A stretch of DNA of 64,000 bases from Methanothrix sp. (GTDB lineage: Archaea > Halobacteriota > Methanosarcinia > Methanotrichales > Methanotrichaceae): positions 2,656,001-2,720,000 of the forward strand of contig OY821645.1 in assembly GCA_963682135.1 (NCBI GenBank), given 5' to 3'. Numbering within the stretch: position 1 is the first letter of the stretch; every line of letters starts with the position of its first letter. The notes under the pieces were generated by a model that ran no database searches, was not told where the DNA came from, and saw only the letters and a list, made by a program, of their open reading frames with translations. A program made the translations under genes and the position numbers. This document shows, one piece after another, positions 48,184 through 58,195 of this stretch.

Positions 48184-50865
48184 ATGAGGTTGGCCTGGCC
48201 GCCGCCCCGGCATCTAATAGCATCCGTTTTGATCTCGGTGTCAGCATTGGCTCTGGTCAATCTTTCGCCGTCATCCCTGCAAGAGATTCTTTCGCCCCTT
48301 GCTCTTATTCTCGTATTCCTCATCCCTGGATATCTTGCCATGCTATCCATATTTCCCGGCAAGAGCGACCTTACTGGAAAAGGGCGTGCATTACTCTGCC
48401 TGGCCTCTTCCGCAGTTCTTGCCGGCTTATTCAGCCTCATTCTAATGGCTACTCCGCGCGGACTGCAGAGTGCGTCTCTAGCCACAATCCTCTCTCTTCT
48501 GGCCATATTCCTGGCGGCGGTGGCCTATGGCCGCTGGTCTAATCTGCCCCGCAAGAGAAGATTTCTGCTTATGCCAAAGAAAGGACTGGGAGCGACAAGG
48601 CCCATTCCCCGTGCTGCTCTGGCTATCCTCCTCTTGGCTGCCTGTTTTATAGCAGCCCTGGCTTTCGCCTACGGACCATATCAGTTTCCTTTATTGGAGC
48701 CATCCGCAAATCTCGGGGCCGCTACGTCAGGAGAAGCATTAACCACTCCATCTTCATCCTTTGAAGAAGAAAAGGAGCAAATAAAATCGTATCCCCCACA
48801 GGAAGAAGATATCCTTGTGGTCGATTTATCCCAAAATAATTCCAGCAATGCAAGCATTATAAATTTAAATTCTCCCGCAATTCTTGAAGATAATAGCGAG
48901 GCAGAAGTCTTCAGCATGGGCGGAGGCGGCGGTGGAGGCAGCAGCTCATCGAGCAGCAGTCAAGCCGTCGCAAAAAAGCCGGCTTCCAGTAAGGCTTTGC
49001 AGCCAGAAAAAAAGGTCAGTACCTCTCCTACCGCAGCCAGTGATGCTGTCAGCAATGTGCAGAGCAATACATCGATTGCCGCAGCAAATTTATCGAATAC
49101 CAGTCTCACCAGCCAGGATAATCAGACACAAAAGGGCAATCTGACGTTGACCGGTAATTTGACAGAGACTCCCAATTTGACGGAAAATCTGACACTTGAT
49201 CAGGTCGCTTCTCCAGAGACAGAGCCGGAGGCAAATCCGGAACTATTGCCACCATCAACCATAAATGATACCAATGAGATAAATGCAGCCCAGTCCGAGC
49301 AGTCGATCAAGCTTAATGAATTGCCTATAATTGCACCACAGAATAATAATAGTACCGATAAAAGCAGTGAACTGACCTCAGCTGAGACTGCCGCGTCTTC
49401 AGCTATCTCTTCTCAGGAAGCCCCATCCCCGGAAAGCCCATCCATCGAGACCGATCTCTCTCGCGCCATCCGGCAATCCGAGATCGTTCTTGACAGATCA
49501 GAGGGAGAAGAATCCGACAATTCCAATCGGCCTCCTGTCCTGAAGGCCCTGGTGCCGGACAGAGCCAGCCCCCAATTGCAGGGATCGGCCATCTTCTGGA
49601 AGGCAGAGGCCACGGATGAAGAGGGCGATAAGATCCTTTACAGGTTCTTCCTGGATGGCCGGGAAGTTCGCAAATGGTCCAAAATCAATAGCTGGAGCTG
49701 GCTAACCCAGGGTTTACCGGCAGGAGACTATCAGATCACCGTCCTGGCAATAGATGGCAATCATGCTGCTCAGGAGTCCTTTGATAGCATAATTAACGCA
49801 AGCTTTACCTTAAGTCTCCCCAATCAAGCTCCCGTTCTGCAGCAGCTAAAACCGGACAAGGCCAGCCCGCAGGGAAAGGGCAGTATTATTACCTGGACGG
49901 CCAGTGCCAGTGATCCGGATAACGACCAAATTAATTTCAGGTTCATGAAGAACGATGAGCCGGCAAGCGACTGGTCCACGTCCAGCACCTGGGTCTGGGA
50001 TACCTCCTCGGAAAAGCCGGGGGAATATAAGATCGCCGTGCAGGCCAAAGACGGATTGCACGCATCCAAGGATTCCTTCGACAGCTCTCTGGAGGACAAA
50101 TTTGTTCTGACGCAGCCCAATGGCATCCCGGAAGTAACAGAGCTAAAAGCTGACCGGCCCAGTCCCCAGACGGCAGGCAGCGCCATAACCTGGACTGCGA
50201 TAGCTGCAGATCCTGATGGTGACGAGATCTATTACAAGTTCCTGGTTAACGACAAAGAAGTTGGTCAATGGTCGCCGTCGAATTCTTGGGTCTGGGATAC
50301 ATCATCCGCATCCCCCGGTGAGTACCGGATCAAAGTTTTGGCTAGGGACGGCAGGCATTCATCAGAAGAATCATTTGACAGCTTCAAAGACGAGGTCATG
50401 ACGATTGCAGTCGCGGACTCAAATCAGCCGCCGGTCTTGAGTTCCCTGGTCTCAGACATCGCCAGCCCGGATGTTCAGGGCACAACTGTAGTCTGGAAGG
50501 CGGAGGCTTATGATCCCGAAGGCGACAAAATCTTCTACAAATTCCAGCTGGGCGGCCGGGATATGGGCAGATGGTCCGAGTCGGCCAGCTGGAAATGGTC
50601 CACCAGGGACCTGCCTCCCGGAGACTACAAAATCCGGGTCCTGGCCAGAGACGGCAAGCATGCCCCCGAGAGTTCCTTCGACAGCTCCAAGGATGCTGTC
50701 TTCTCACTTATCTCCGAGATTGATCAGCAGATAAACCAGCTGATGAATAAAAGGTCCAAGGATGCTTCTCAGCAGGAAAACTATCAATCTACGGACATTA
50801 GGGTAACTTCAGGAAACGGCACCAACTCCAATGTGGTTCTTGGGAAGAGCAATGGAACAATTTGA
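48184..50865 (+). CDS. Membrane-anchored surface protein: DUF1616-like TM region, low-complexity stalk and four ~100-aa Ig-like repeats
   Basis: FLIPGY.....FP TM region; four repeats of N..P.L..L..D..SP...G....W.A.A.D..GD.I.Y.F. Confidence 0.75.
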   Translation: MRLAWPPPRHLIASVLISVSALALVNLSPSSLQEILSPLALILVFLIPGYLAMLSIFPGKSDLTGKGRALLCLASSAVLAGLFSLILMATPRGLQSASLATILSLLAIFLAAVAYGRWSNLPRKRRFLLMPKKGLGATRPIPRAALAILLLAACFIAALAFAYGPYQFPLLEPSANLGAATSGEALTTPSSSFEEEKEQIKSYPPQEEDILVVDLSQNNSSNASIINLNSPAILEDNSEAEVFSMGGGGGGGSSSSSSSQAVAKKPASSKALQPEKKVSTSPTAASDAVSNVQSNTSIAAANLSNTSLTSQDNQTQKGNLTLTGNLTETPNLTENLTLDQVASPETEPEANPELLPPSTINDTNEINAAQSEQSIKLNELPIIAPQNNNSTDKSSELTSAETAASSAISSQEAPSPESPSIETDLSRAIRQSEIVLDRSEGEESDNSNRPPVLKALVPDRASPQLQGSAIFWKAEATDEEGDKILYRFFLDGREVRKWSKINSWSWLTQGLPAGDYQITVLAIDGNHAAQESFDSIINASFTLSLPNQAPVLQQLKPDKASPQGKGSIITWTASASDPDNDQINFRFMKNDEPASDWSTSSTWVWDTSSEKPGEYKIAVQAKDGLHASKDSFDSSLEDKFVLTQPNGIPEVTELKADRPSPQTAGSAITWTAIAADPDGDEIYYKFLVNDKEVGQWSPSNSWVWDTSSASPGEYRIKVLARDGRHSSEESFDSFKDEVMTIAVADSNQPPVLSSLVSDIASPDVQGTTVVWKAEAYDPEGDKIFYKFQLGGRDMGRWSESASWKWSTRDLPPGDYKIRVLARDGKHAPESSFDSSKDAVFSLISEIDQQINQLMNKRSKDASQQENYQSTDIRVTSGNGTNSNVVLGKSNGTI

Positions 50866-50869
50866 TGAT

Positions 50870-52177
50870 ATGAGATACTTTGTGTTAATCTTTTCCATAT
50901 TGCTTCTGTCTCTGGCATGTAATCATGCCTCAGGATTCAGACCTAACTGCGATTGTGCTGATATGGATGGTCAATGGACAACGGAAAGACAACTCTTTGA
51001 GAACGGCGAGCTCACGGACCATATTGACATGATGAATATGTCGATCCAGATGAATGAGTGCGGCGCGGAAGGCACTTTAGAAAAAGGCGGAAAAATTTTT
51101 AATTCATATTTTGCAGGAAACGTCGCAAATAACTTAATTGGGAAATGGTCCCTAGATGGAGAAGAAGGCACATTTAATATTCAACTGCAAAATAACGAAA
51201 ATGAATGCTCTAATTTTACTGGAAAGATGTATTCCGGATGGAATTATTCCGGTAAATATTGGCAGTGGATGGGCCACAAAGAGGCAATTAGCCCACCTGA
51301 TAATGCACCACCCTTACCTTTTGGATCGGCATCAACACCAATATCCGCAGGTAAGGTAGAGATCGAGATTACCAGCTCTCAAAGTGTATCTACATTAAAA
51401 GCCGGTGGACAAACTACATTTGAGCTAGGGAAGAGCGATGAGGCAATTATTAATGCGATCTGTGAGAAGACCCTATATAAAGTAGGATTGATACAACTGA
51501 TTTACGGAGATACTAAATTTGCTGATTGGCCAGCGATTCTAAAATATAATCTTATCAATTATGTTTCAATATTGGGCGTATTTTGTCAAGTGAAGACGCC
51601 GACCTACACCTCTTCTCTTGATGTCTCTCAATCTAATTTTACATCAGGCTCACGTGGGGCTATTAAATTGGAGCTTATGCAAGGCCCCATTCGGATCGAG
51701 GTAATCAATGATCAGGTAGCCCTGGATATCGAAACTCCTACGGTTATTCTATCTTCACAGGGCAAGAACGCCTTTGGCGTAGCCTACGATCCGACGAGCG
51801 GAATGAGCCATGTGGCCGCTTACCAATACCCTATACAGGTCCAACCCACTGATGGCAATCATGCTTCCTTCATACTCGAATCCGGCCAGCAGGTTGAGGT
51901 AGGTAACGGTCAGGTAGTTGCATCCTCTTCCTCCGGCAAGACATCTGGAGAGGGGAATGATCAGAAGTCGAATCCAGGTCCCATTTCTGAAGGATCGGAA
52001 GGCGGATGCTATGCAGATCCAATAACAGGGGAGATCGTCTGCATAGACTCTTCTGGAAAGCCCTCACAATCCAATGGTGGAATGGAAGCAAAAGGATCAC
52101 AAAGTCCGGGAACACAGGATTTGTGTTTTGAAGATCCTGAGTCTGGTGAAATTATTTGCACCGAATCAGGCGGATAG
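50870..52177 (+). CDS. Secreted hypothetical protein with a FecR-like beta domain
   Basis: Signal peptide; LEL.QG.I...IETP.......FGV pattern. Confidence 0.6.
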   Translation: MRYFVLIFSILLLSLACNHASGFRPNCDCADMDGQWTTERQLFENGELTDHIDMMNMSIQMNECGAEGTLEKGGKIFNSYFAGNVANNLIGKWSLDGEEGTFNIQLQNNENECSNFTGKMYSGWNYSGKYWQWMGHKEAISPPDNAPPLPFGSASTPISAGKVEIEITSSQSVSTLKAGGQTTFELGKSDEAIINAICEKTLYKVGLIQLIYGDTKFADWPAILKYNLINYVSILGVFCQVKTPTYTSSLDVSQSNFTSGSRGAIKLELMQGPIRIEVINDQVALDIETPTVILSSQGKNAFGVAYDPTSGMSHVAAYQYPIQVQPTDGNHASFILESGQQVEVGNGQVVASSSSGKTSGEGNDQKSNPGPISEGSEGGCYADPITGEIVCIDSSGKPSQSNGGMEAKGSQSPGTQDLCFEDPESGEIICTESGG

Positions 52178-52338
52178 AGATGATGCCGCCAAGCCTAAGA
52201 ATCTGCCTCAACTGGGAAAGCAATATATACTTCCTCGAATACATACTTAAGTTAAAGTAAAGCAGGAAATGGAGCGAAACTTTCAACACCCATAAGACGG
52301 CAGATTGCGAAGAAAAATGATACAAACGGAGGTAACCT

Positions 52339-55300
52339 TTGCATATTAAAGAGGTCGAACTCAAGAACTTCAAGTCATTCGGCAAGAGCGTCCGGGTTCC
52401 TCTGAAGAACGATTTTGTGACCGTTACCGGGCCTAACGGTAGCGGCAAGTCCAATATCGTTGATGCTCTGCTCTTTGCTCTCTGCCTTTCCAGCTCGCGA
52501 GCCATGCGGGCGGAAAGGCTGCCCGATCTCATCTACCGGGGCGATAACGGCAAGAATCCGGACTTTGCTCAGGTTACCGTCAAGCTGGACAATACCAGCC
52601 GCCTCTTTCCCCTGGACCAAGATCTGATTGAAGTGTCCAGGAAGATAAAGGTCAAAGGCGACAAATATGCATCTTCTTATTATTTTAATGGAAAGACCTG
52701 CGGTCAGGCTGAATTACTGGATCTGCTGGCCAAGGCAGGCATAACTCCGGAGAGCTACAACATAGTCATGCAGGGTGATGTGACGCGCATCATTGAGATG
52801 ACACCGGTAGAACGCCGAAAGATCATAGATGAGATTGCCGGCGTCGCTGAGTTTGATGAAAAAAAGAAGAAGGCTATGGAAGAGCTGGATGTGGTGCGAG
52901 AGCGCATCGGTCGCGTCGATGTGATCCTGGAAGAGGTTGCCGCCCAACTTGCCAAGCTCAAGGCAGAGCGGGACCGTGCCCACTCCTACCAGGCGCATCG
53001 GGAGGAGCTTTCCAGACAGGAGGCTTTTCTGCTCCTGGCCAGGCTCAAAGAGGCATCAATGGAGCTGGCCGGCCTGGATGATGAGATCAATTCACTTGAC
53101 GACAAGAATCAGACGCTTCTGGAGCGGTCGGAGAGCAAGAAAACAGAACTCCTGGCACTTGATGAGAAGCTGCAGTCCATAAGCTCGGAGATCACCCACA
53201 AAGGAGAGGATGAGCAGATCTCTGTTAAACGCAGGATCGAGGAGCTGAAAGGAGAGATCTCCCGTGAGGACGCCCGCATCGAGATGACGGAAAAGGCCAT
53301 CTCGGAGATGGATGATCAGCAAAAGAGCTGCTTTATTCAGATGAGCAGCCTCACCGCCGAGCTGGAATCGTTAGCCGAAAAGATAGGAGATGCAGCGCTG
53401 CGCGCCGCCAGCCTGCGAGGAGAACAGGATGATCAGATGGAGAAACAGAGAGCCGCAATGGCCAGTCTCTCCCAGGCGGATGCAAAATTCGCCATTCTCC
53501 GGGATGAGCTCTCCCGAGTTCGGCTGATTCGTGAGGAGTCCAAATCAAAGCTTGGCGACCTCGTTAGGGAGAGGGACAGGCTGCTGGATGCCACCAGGCG
53601 AGGCGGCCTGGAAAGGGAAGAGCTTTCCTCGGGCATCAAAGAGGCACTTGATAAGCTTGCAGGTCTCGATCATGAGACGGAAAAGCTGAAAGCGGAGCTG
53701 GCTGTCTTTAACAGCAAGGCCATGGAGATGGAGCGGGACCGGGATGACCTGGAGAGCGGGCGCCTGCGACTTCGTCGGGAAATCACCGAGGCGGAAAGAG
53801 ATCTGCAAAGACTGCAGGGAGAGTTTGCCAAGAGCGACGGGCGCATGAGGGCCGCCGAGGACAAAGCGGGATACAGCCGGGCGGTGGAAGCAATTCGATC
53901 GGCAATCAAGAGGCAGATGCTGCAAGGTCTTCACGGAACCATAGCAGAGCTAGGTAATGTGGCAACGCGCTACTCTTCGGCTCTCGAGGTGGCGGCGGGA
54001 GCGCGCCTGCAAAGCATCGTGGCCGACAATGATCTGGATGCCTCTGCTGCCATTGAGTATCTGAAGAGGTCACAGATCGGGCGGGCCACTTTTTTGCCTT
54101 TGAATAAGCTGGACAAAGGCAGCCTCTCCGTCCGGCCCAATCATGCAGGAGTAGTAGATTATGCTCTCAACCTGGTGGACTTCGACCCCAAGTTCCTGGC
54201 CGCTTTCTGGTATGTCTTCCGGGATACTCTGGTGGTAGAGAGCCTCGTTTTTGCCCGGCCGCTCATGGGTCGGTATCGTATGGTCACGCTGGAAGGGGAC
54301 CTGGTGGAGAAGTCAGGTGCCATGACCGGCGGCCACTATCGCTCCAAGATGAAGTTTGCGGCAGAAGAGAAGACGAAGCTCTTGGAGCTGTCCGAGAAGA
54401 TCGCCAATGCCGAAAGCGAGCGCAGCACAAGGCTCGATAAGCTGGATAAAATCGAAGAGCAGATATCTCGCCTCTCTCGTGAGGTGGAGGAACTCAACCG
54501 GGTCATATCCAAGAAGACCTTCCAGATAGATGAGATTGTATCGTCCCGGCCACGCCTGGATAAGTCGATTTCGGAAAAGCGGGAGCGTCTGCTGGCCATG
54601 GAGGGCGAGTCTATCAGCTTCAAGGAGGAGCTTGGCCTTTTGGAGAGCGAGATTCGGATCTCGGAAGAGACATTGGCCGATGTGCAGCAGAAGATCGACA
54701 GATTGGATGGCGAGCTGAAGGGCTCGGAAATTCCCGGACTGAACAAAAAGGCAGATGCAGCCAACCTGGAGATAAAGCGTCTGCAAGATAGGCTGACCGG
54801 CATTGATGCCGAGATTCTCAAGGACAAAATCCGGGAGGAGAGCGGCAAAGAGAAGCTGGCGGAACTGGCGGCAAGAAGAGAATCCCTGGACGGCCAGAAA
54901 GCGGAGGCGCAGGCCCGAAAGGATGCAGCAGCCGCGCTGATTGTGGAGCTCTCTGAGAAGCTTTCACTCTCCCAGGGGCGAGAGGCGGAGATTGAAGGAG
55001 AGCTGCACGGCTTGAAGGGAGTACGTGGAGAGCTCCTGGAAAAGACCCTGGCCCTGCAAAGAGAGATTGACTTGGCAGAGAGGGAGAGGGACAGAATTGA
55101 GGCCCGCAAGAATGCTACGAGCTATGCCAGAGATGCCATCCTTTCCAAAGTCAATGATCTGCGAAACCAAATTGAGAGCCGCGGAGTCGATTCTTCCCAG
55201 GAGCCGCCCAACAGCATGGCTGTGGTCGAGAAGATCAAAGCTCTGGAGCAGGCCATGCGTGACCTGGAGCCGGTGAACATGATGGCCATCCAGGAATATG

Positions 55301-55854
55301 ATCATGTCAAGACGCGTTACGACTTCCTGGCAGAGAGAAGGACCACACTCTCTGAGGAGCGCGAGGCGATCATCGATAAGCTGGAAAAGTACGATCAGAT
55401 GAAGAGGGAGGCATTCCTGGCCAGCTTCACCGAGATCAACAAGAACTTCAAGCAGATATTCCAGGAGCTTTCCAAGGGCGAGGGTGATCTGGTCCTGGAA
55501 AATCCAGAAGATCCCCTGGCGGCGGGCATGACCATCAAGGCCCGGCCTGCCGGCAAGTCTCTGCACCGCTTGGAGGCCATGTCCGGGGGGGAGAAGAGCC
55601 TGACTGCTCTCTCATTTATATTCTCCATTCAGATGTACCGACCTGCTCCCTTCTATGCCATGGATGAGATCGATATGTTCCTGGATGGGGCAAATGTAGA
55701 ACGAGTAGCCAAACTAATCAAGAAAATCTCTTCCAAGGCCCAGTTCATAGTAGTATCCTTGCGAAAACCCATGATACTGCAGTCCAAATACACCCTGGGC
55801 GTGACCATGCAGGAGAACAACATCACCACGGTGACCGGCATCTGCACAAGCTGA
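52339..55854 (+). CDS. smc: Chromosome segregation protein SMC
   Basis: NFKSF, GPNGSGKSN, hinge GRATFLPL, MSGGEKS, MDEID. Confidence 0.97.
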   Translation: MHIKEVELKNFKSFGKSVRVPLKNDFVTVTGPNGSGKSNIVDALLFALCLSSSRAMRAERLPDLIYRGDNGKNPDFAQVTVKLDNTSRLFPLDQDLIEVSRKIKVKGDKYASSYYFNGKTCGQAELLDLLAKAGITPESYNIVMQGDVTRIIEMTPVERRKIIDEIAGVAEFDEKKKKAMEELDVVRERIGRVDVILEEVAAQLAKLKAERDRAHSYQAHREELSRQEAFLLLARLKEASMELAGLDDEINSLDDKNQTLLERSESKKTELLALDEKLQSISSEITHKGEDEQISVKRRIEELKGEISREDARIEMTEKAISEMDDQQKSCFIQMSSLTAELESLAEKIGDAALRAASLRGEQDDQMEKQRAAMASLSQADAKFAILRDELSRVRLIREESKSKLGDLVRERDRLLDATRRGGLEREELSSGIKEALDKLAGLDHETEKLKAELAVFNSKAMEMERDRDDLESGRLRLRREITEAERDLQRLQGEFAKSDGRMRAAEDKAGYSRAVEAIRSAIKRQMLQGLHGTIAELGNVATRYSSALEVAAGARLQSIVADNDLDASAAIEYLKRSQIGRATFLPLNKLDKGSLSVRPNHAGVVDYALNLVDFDPKFLAAFWYVFRDTLVVESLVFARPLMGRYRMVTLEGDLVEKSGAMTGGHYRSKMKFAAEEKTKLLELSEKIANAESERSTRLDKLDKIEEQISRLSREVEELNRVISKKTFQIDEIVSSRPRLDKSISEKRERLLAMEGESISFKEELGLLESEIRISEETLADVQQKIDRLDGELKGSEIPGLNKKADAANLEIKRLQDRLTGIDAEILKDKIREESGKEKLAELAARRESLDGQKAEAQARKDAAAALIVELSEKLSLSQGREAEIEGELHGLKGVRGELLEKTLALQREIDLAERERDRIEARKNATSYARDAILSKVNDLRNQIESRGVDSSQEPPNSMAVVEKIKALEQAMRDLEPVNMMAIQEYDHVKTRYDFLAERRTTLSEEREAIIDKLEKYDQMKREAFLASFTEINKNFKQIFQELSKGEGDLVLENPEDPLAAGMTIKARPAGKSLHRLEAMSGGEKSLTALSFIFSIQMYRPAPFYAMDEIDMFLDGANVERVAKLIKKISSKAQFIVVSLRKPMILQSKYTLGVTMQENNITTVTGICTS

Positions 55855-55861
55855 GGCGAAA

Positions 55862-56599
55862 ATGAGCGACGATCCATCTATTCAGGATTCACAGGAAACA
55901 CCCCAAGCCAGTTCCACCTCCGATTCGAAAACGGAAAATATCCCTGAGTTCGAATTCGGAGAGCCGGCTGAGGTTTTGGTGGAGCTGGCCAAGAGTGGAG
56001 AGATCGATCCCTGGGATATCGATATCGCCATGGCTACCGAGAAGTTCTTGCAGTACATAGACTCTCTGGAGAAGAGAGACCTGCGTATTCCCGCCCGAAC
56101 TCTGCTTTACGCCAGCATCCTTTTGCGCATGAAGTCCGACTCCATGGAAGAGCAAAAGGAGGAAGAGCCCGAGCCGGAGATCGAAGAGATTTTGGATAGT
56201 CTGGAAGAGGAGATTGAAGAGAGCCTGCCCCGCCCTCCGGTCCGCCGGCACACCAAGCGACCTGTAACGCTGGACGAGCTAATCTCGGAGCTGAAAAAGG
56301 CGGAGATGGTAGGCAGAAGGAAGGCCATGCGGGAGAGGTGGCCCAGTACCGAGGAAAAAACCCTGGATGTGTCCCACGATGAGGGGATCGAGGATCGAAT
56401 CAAAGCGCTCGGCCCTATCTTAGACGACATGTTCATGGAGAGCAAGACCGTCACCTTCCAGGAAATAAACAGCAAAAACAGCAAGACTGAGGATGGGGTT
56501 ACCAACTACGTCTCTTTGCTCTTCATGGCCCAGAGAAAGCAGGTATGGCTGGAGCAAGAGGAGATCTTCGGAGACCTGTTTGTGAGCAGGCCTGCTTAA
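55862..56599 (+). CDS. scpA: Segregation and condensation protein A (kleisin)
   Basis: GEIDPWDIDI, ASILLRMKS, RPVTLDELI, LEQEEIFGDL; follows smc. Confidence 0.92.
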   Translation: MSDDPSIQDSQETPQASSTSDSKTENIPEFEFGEPAEVLVELAKSGEIDPWDIDIAMATEKFLQYIDSLEKRDLRIPARTLLYASILLRMKSDSMEEQKEEEPEPEIEEILDSLEEEIEESLPRPPVRRHTKRPVTLDELISELKKAEMVGRRKAMRERWPSTEEKTLDVSHDEGIEDRIKALGPILDDMFMESKTVTFQEINSKNSKTEDGVTNYVSLLFMAQRKQVWLEQEEIFGDLFVSRPA

Positions 56600-56675
56600 G
56601 TGGAGGGACTCCCTGCCAGGTGCTATCTGCAACAACAATTGGGTCGTTCTTCGCCGACTACCACGGGAATTTACT

Positions 56676-56810
56676 GGAACTACCGCGTCCTGAAGGGTGC
56701 GGCTTGCGACTACGCAAAAAGTCGTGTCGCGTCTGGCGGGCTGACATTACTGCCCTGAGACTCCAGGATATATGGGTTTCGTAACCGCATTTTTCGCATC
56801 GGAAGGCTAC
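56676..56810 (-). mobile_element. Remnant of an IS200/IS605 element: tnpB 3' fragment plus right-end/omega-RNA scaffold
   Basis: Minus strand encodes FRCEKCGYETH, followed by CAAGCCGCACCCTTCAGGACGCGGTAGTT. Confidence 0.7.
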
Positions 56811-57091
56811 ACCGCAATCTAGGTGATCCATCCATTCCCAGGAAAACGTTGGTTGCAGCCTAAAACCTTAATGATTCAGAGGGCAGGGCTGAATAGTTGC
56901 ATTAAAATTATCACCTCGAAGAAATTCTAACTCTTGAAAACAAATTCTGCGCCTAAAGTCCCACGCCTGCACCTAAAGTCGAATCAAAAGGGCACTTTAG
57001 GTGCAAAGCCAGCTGCATAGAAATATATACGAACATATGCCTATATAAAAAAAAGAAAGGAGAACGATTTCTCATCTTGAATTGGTGGATT

Positions 57092-58189
57092 ATGACGATG
57101 ATCTGGACCCGCGTATTCTGTCTCATCTTTCTAACTCTGATCGTGCAGCCTGCCCACTCAGCAGACTGGCCAGACTGCAAATTCCAGTGCCAGGCCAATG
57201 ATGTGATTGTATCACGACTGTGGCTGGGAGATGATAGGGGAAGCGAAATGTCTTCTACAGTCGCGGGTGAAAAACGATCCTGCTATCTCTGGGTTACATT
57301 TCGTAATAACGCCAATGCGCCCCGCTATGCCGCCATCCTGCTGGCTGATCTGTACCTGGGTGGCACATTGAGCCGATCCTTTTATGACGATGGCATTTGC
57401 GTCCTCGACGAAATAGAAGCAAAGTCAACTGTGGACTATCCCATCTACAATATCATCTGGACGGGCGGGGAAGAGGTTATGCTTAAGAGGCTTGTGCTGA
57501 GCTGGGAGACGGCCAAAGGTACCAGTTGCAGCGAGGCAAATCGCAAGTGCAGCAATCGCAATACAAAGTGCTATGGTGGACAGGAAGCGGAGTTATTGGC
57601 ACAGACACCTCTCTCAGCCTCTTTCACAGAGAACCCACAGACCTGCTCTGGTTTTGTCAAATTCGTTGACCTGACGTCAGGCGGAAATGGGCCGTACACC
57701 TATGATTGGGATTTTGGAGATGCACTGCATAGCAATGAGAAGAATCCGGATCATACCTATGATCGTCCAGGAAACTACACCGTGAGATTGCAGGCGAGAG
57801 ATCAATCAGGCAAGGTGGCATCTATCAGCAGGCAGCTCACCATCAATGGCTGTCCTTGCACTATTATTGGCCCGGACCATTCCTGTCTGAGCAAGACCGA
57901 GACCTACGGAGTCAGTCTGACCGGCTCGATTCGTGGCACAATTCAATGGTATTTGGACGGAAGAGAGATCGACAAGGTTGAGTCGCAAGGAGGATTGGAT
58001 GAGTCGCATGAGTCCCGCGAAGAAGGGAGCATAGATATTGATTGGGATAAATATGGAGCAGGTCAGCATTATCTAATGGTCTATGTAAATGACGTTAGCT
58101 CCATGAACGGCCCAAAGCTGTGGGCGGCGTGCAATATGACCATAACCGTTACACCTGAGCCCATAGCGGTAATTGGCTGGGTAGTGTGA
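57092..58189 (+). CDS. Secreted PKD-domain protein
   Basis: F.DLTSGG..PYTYDWDFGD....EKNP.HTY..PGNYTV.L; signal peptide. Confidence 0.85.
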   Translation: MTMIWTRVFCLIFLTLIVQPAHSADWPDCKFQCQANDVIVSRLWLGDDRGSEMSSTVAGEKRSCYLWVTFRNNANAPRYAAILLADLYLGGTLSRSFYDDGICVLDEIEAKSTVDYPIYNIIWTGGEEVMLKRLVLSWETAKGTSCSEANRKCSNRNTKCYGGQEAELLAQTPLSASFTENPQTCSGFVKFVDLTSGGNGPYTYDWDFGDALHSNEKNPDHTYDRPGNYTVRLQARDQSGKVASISRQLTINGCPCTIIGPDHSCLSKTETYGVSLTGSIRGTIQWYLDGREIDKVESQGGLDESHESREEGSIDIDWDKYGAGQHYLMVYVNDVSSMNGPKLWAACNMTITVTPEPIAVIGWVV

Positions 58190-58195
58190 GACTGA

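Noticed and set aside
54313-55566. Long antisense ORFs inside smc (and similar ones in serA, cysK, metY)
   Set aside because: Shadow ORFs expected from codon bias opposite well-supported genes.
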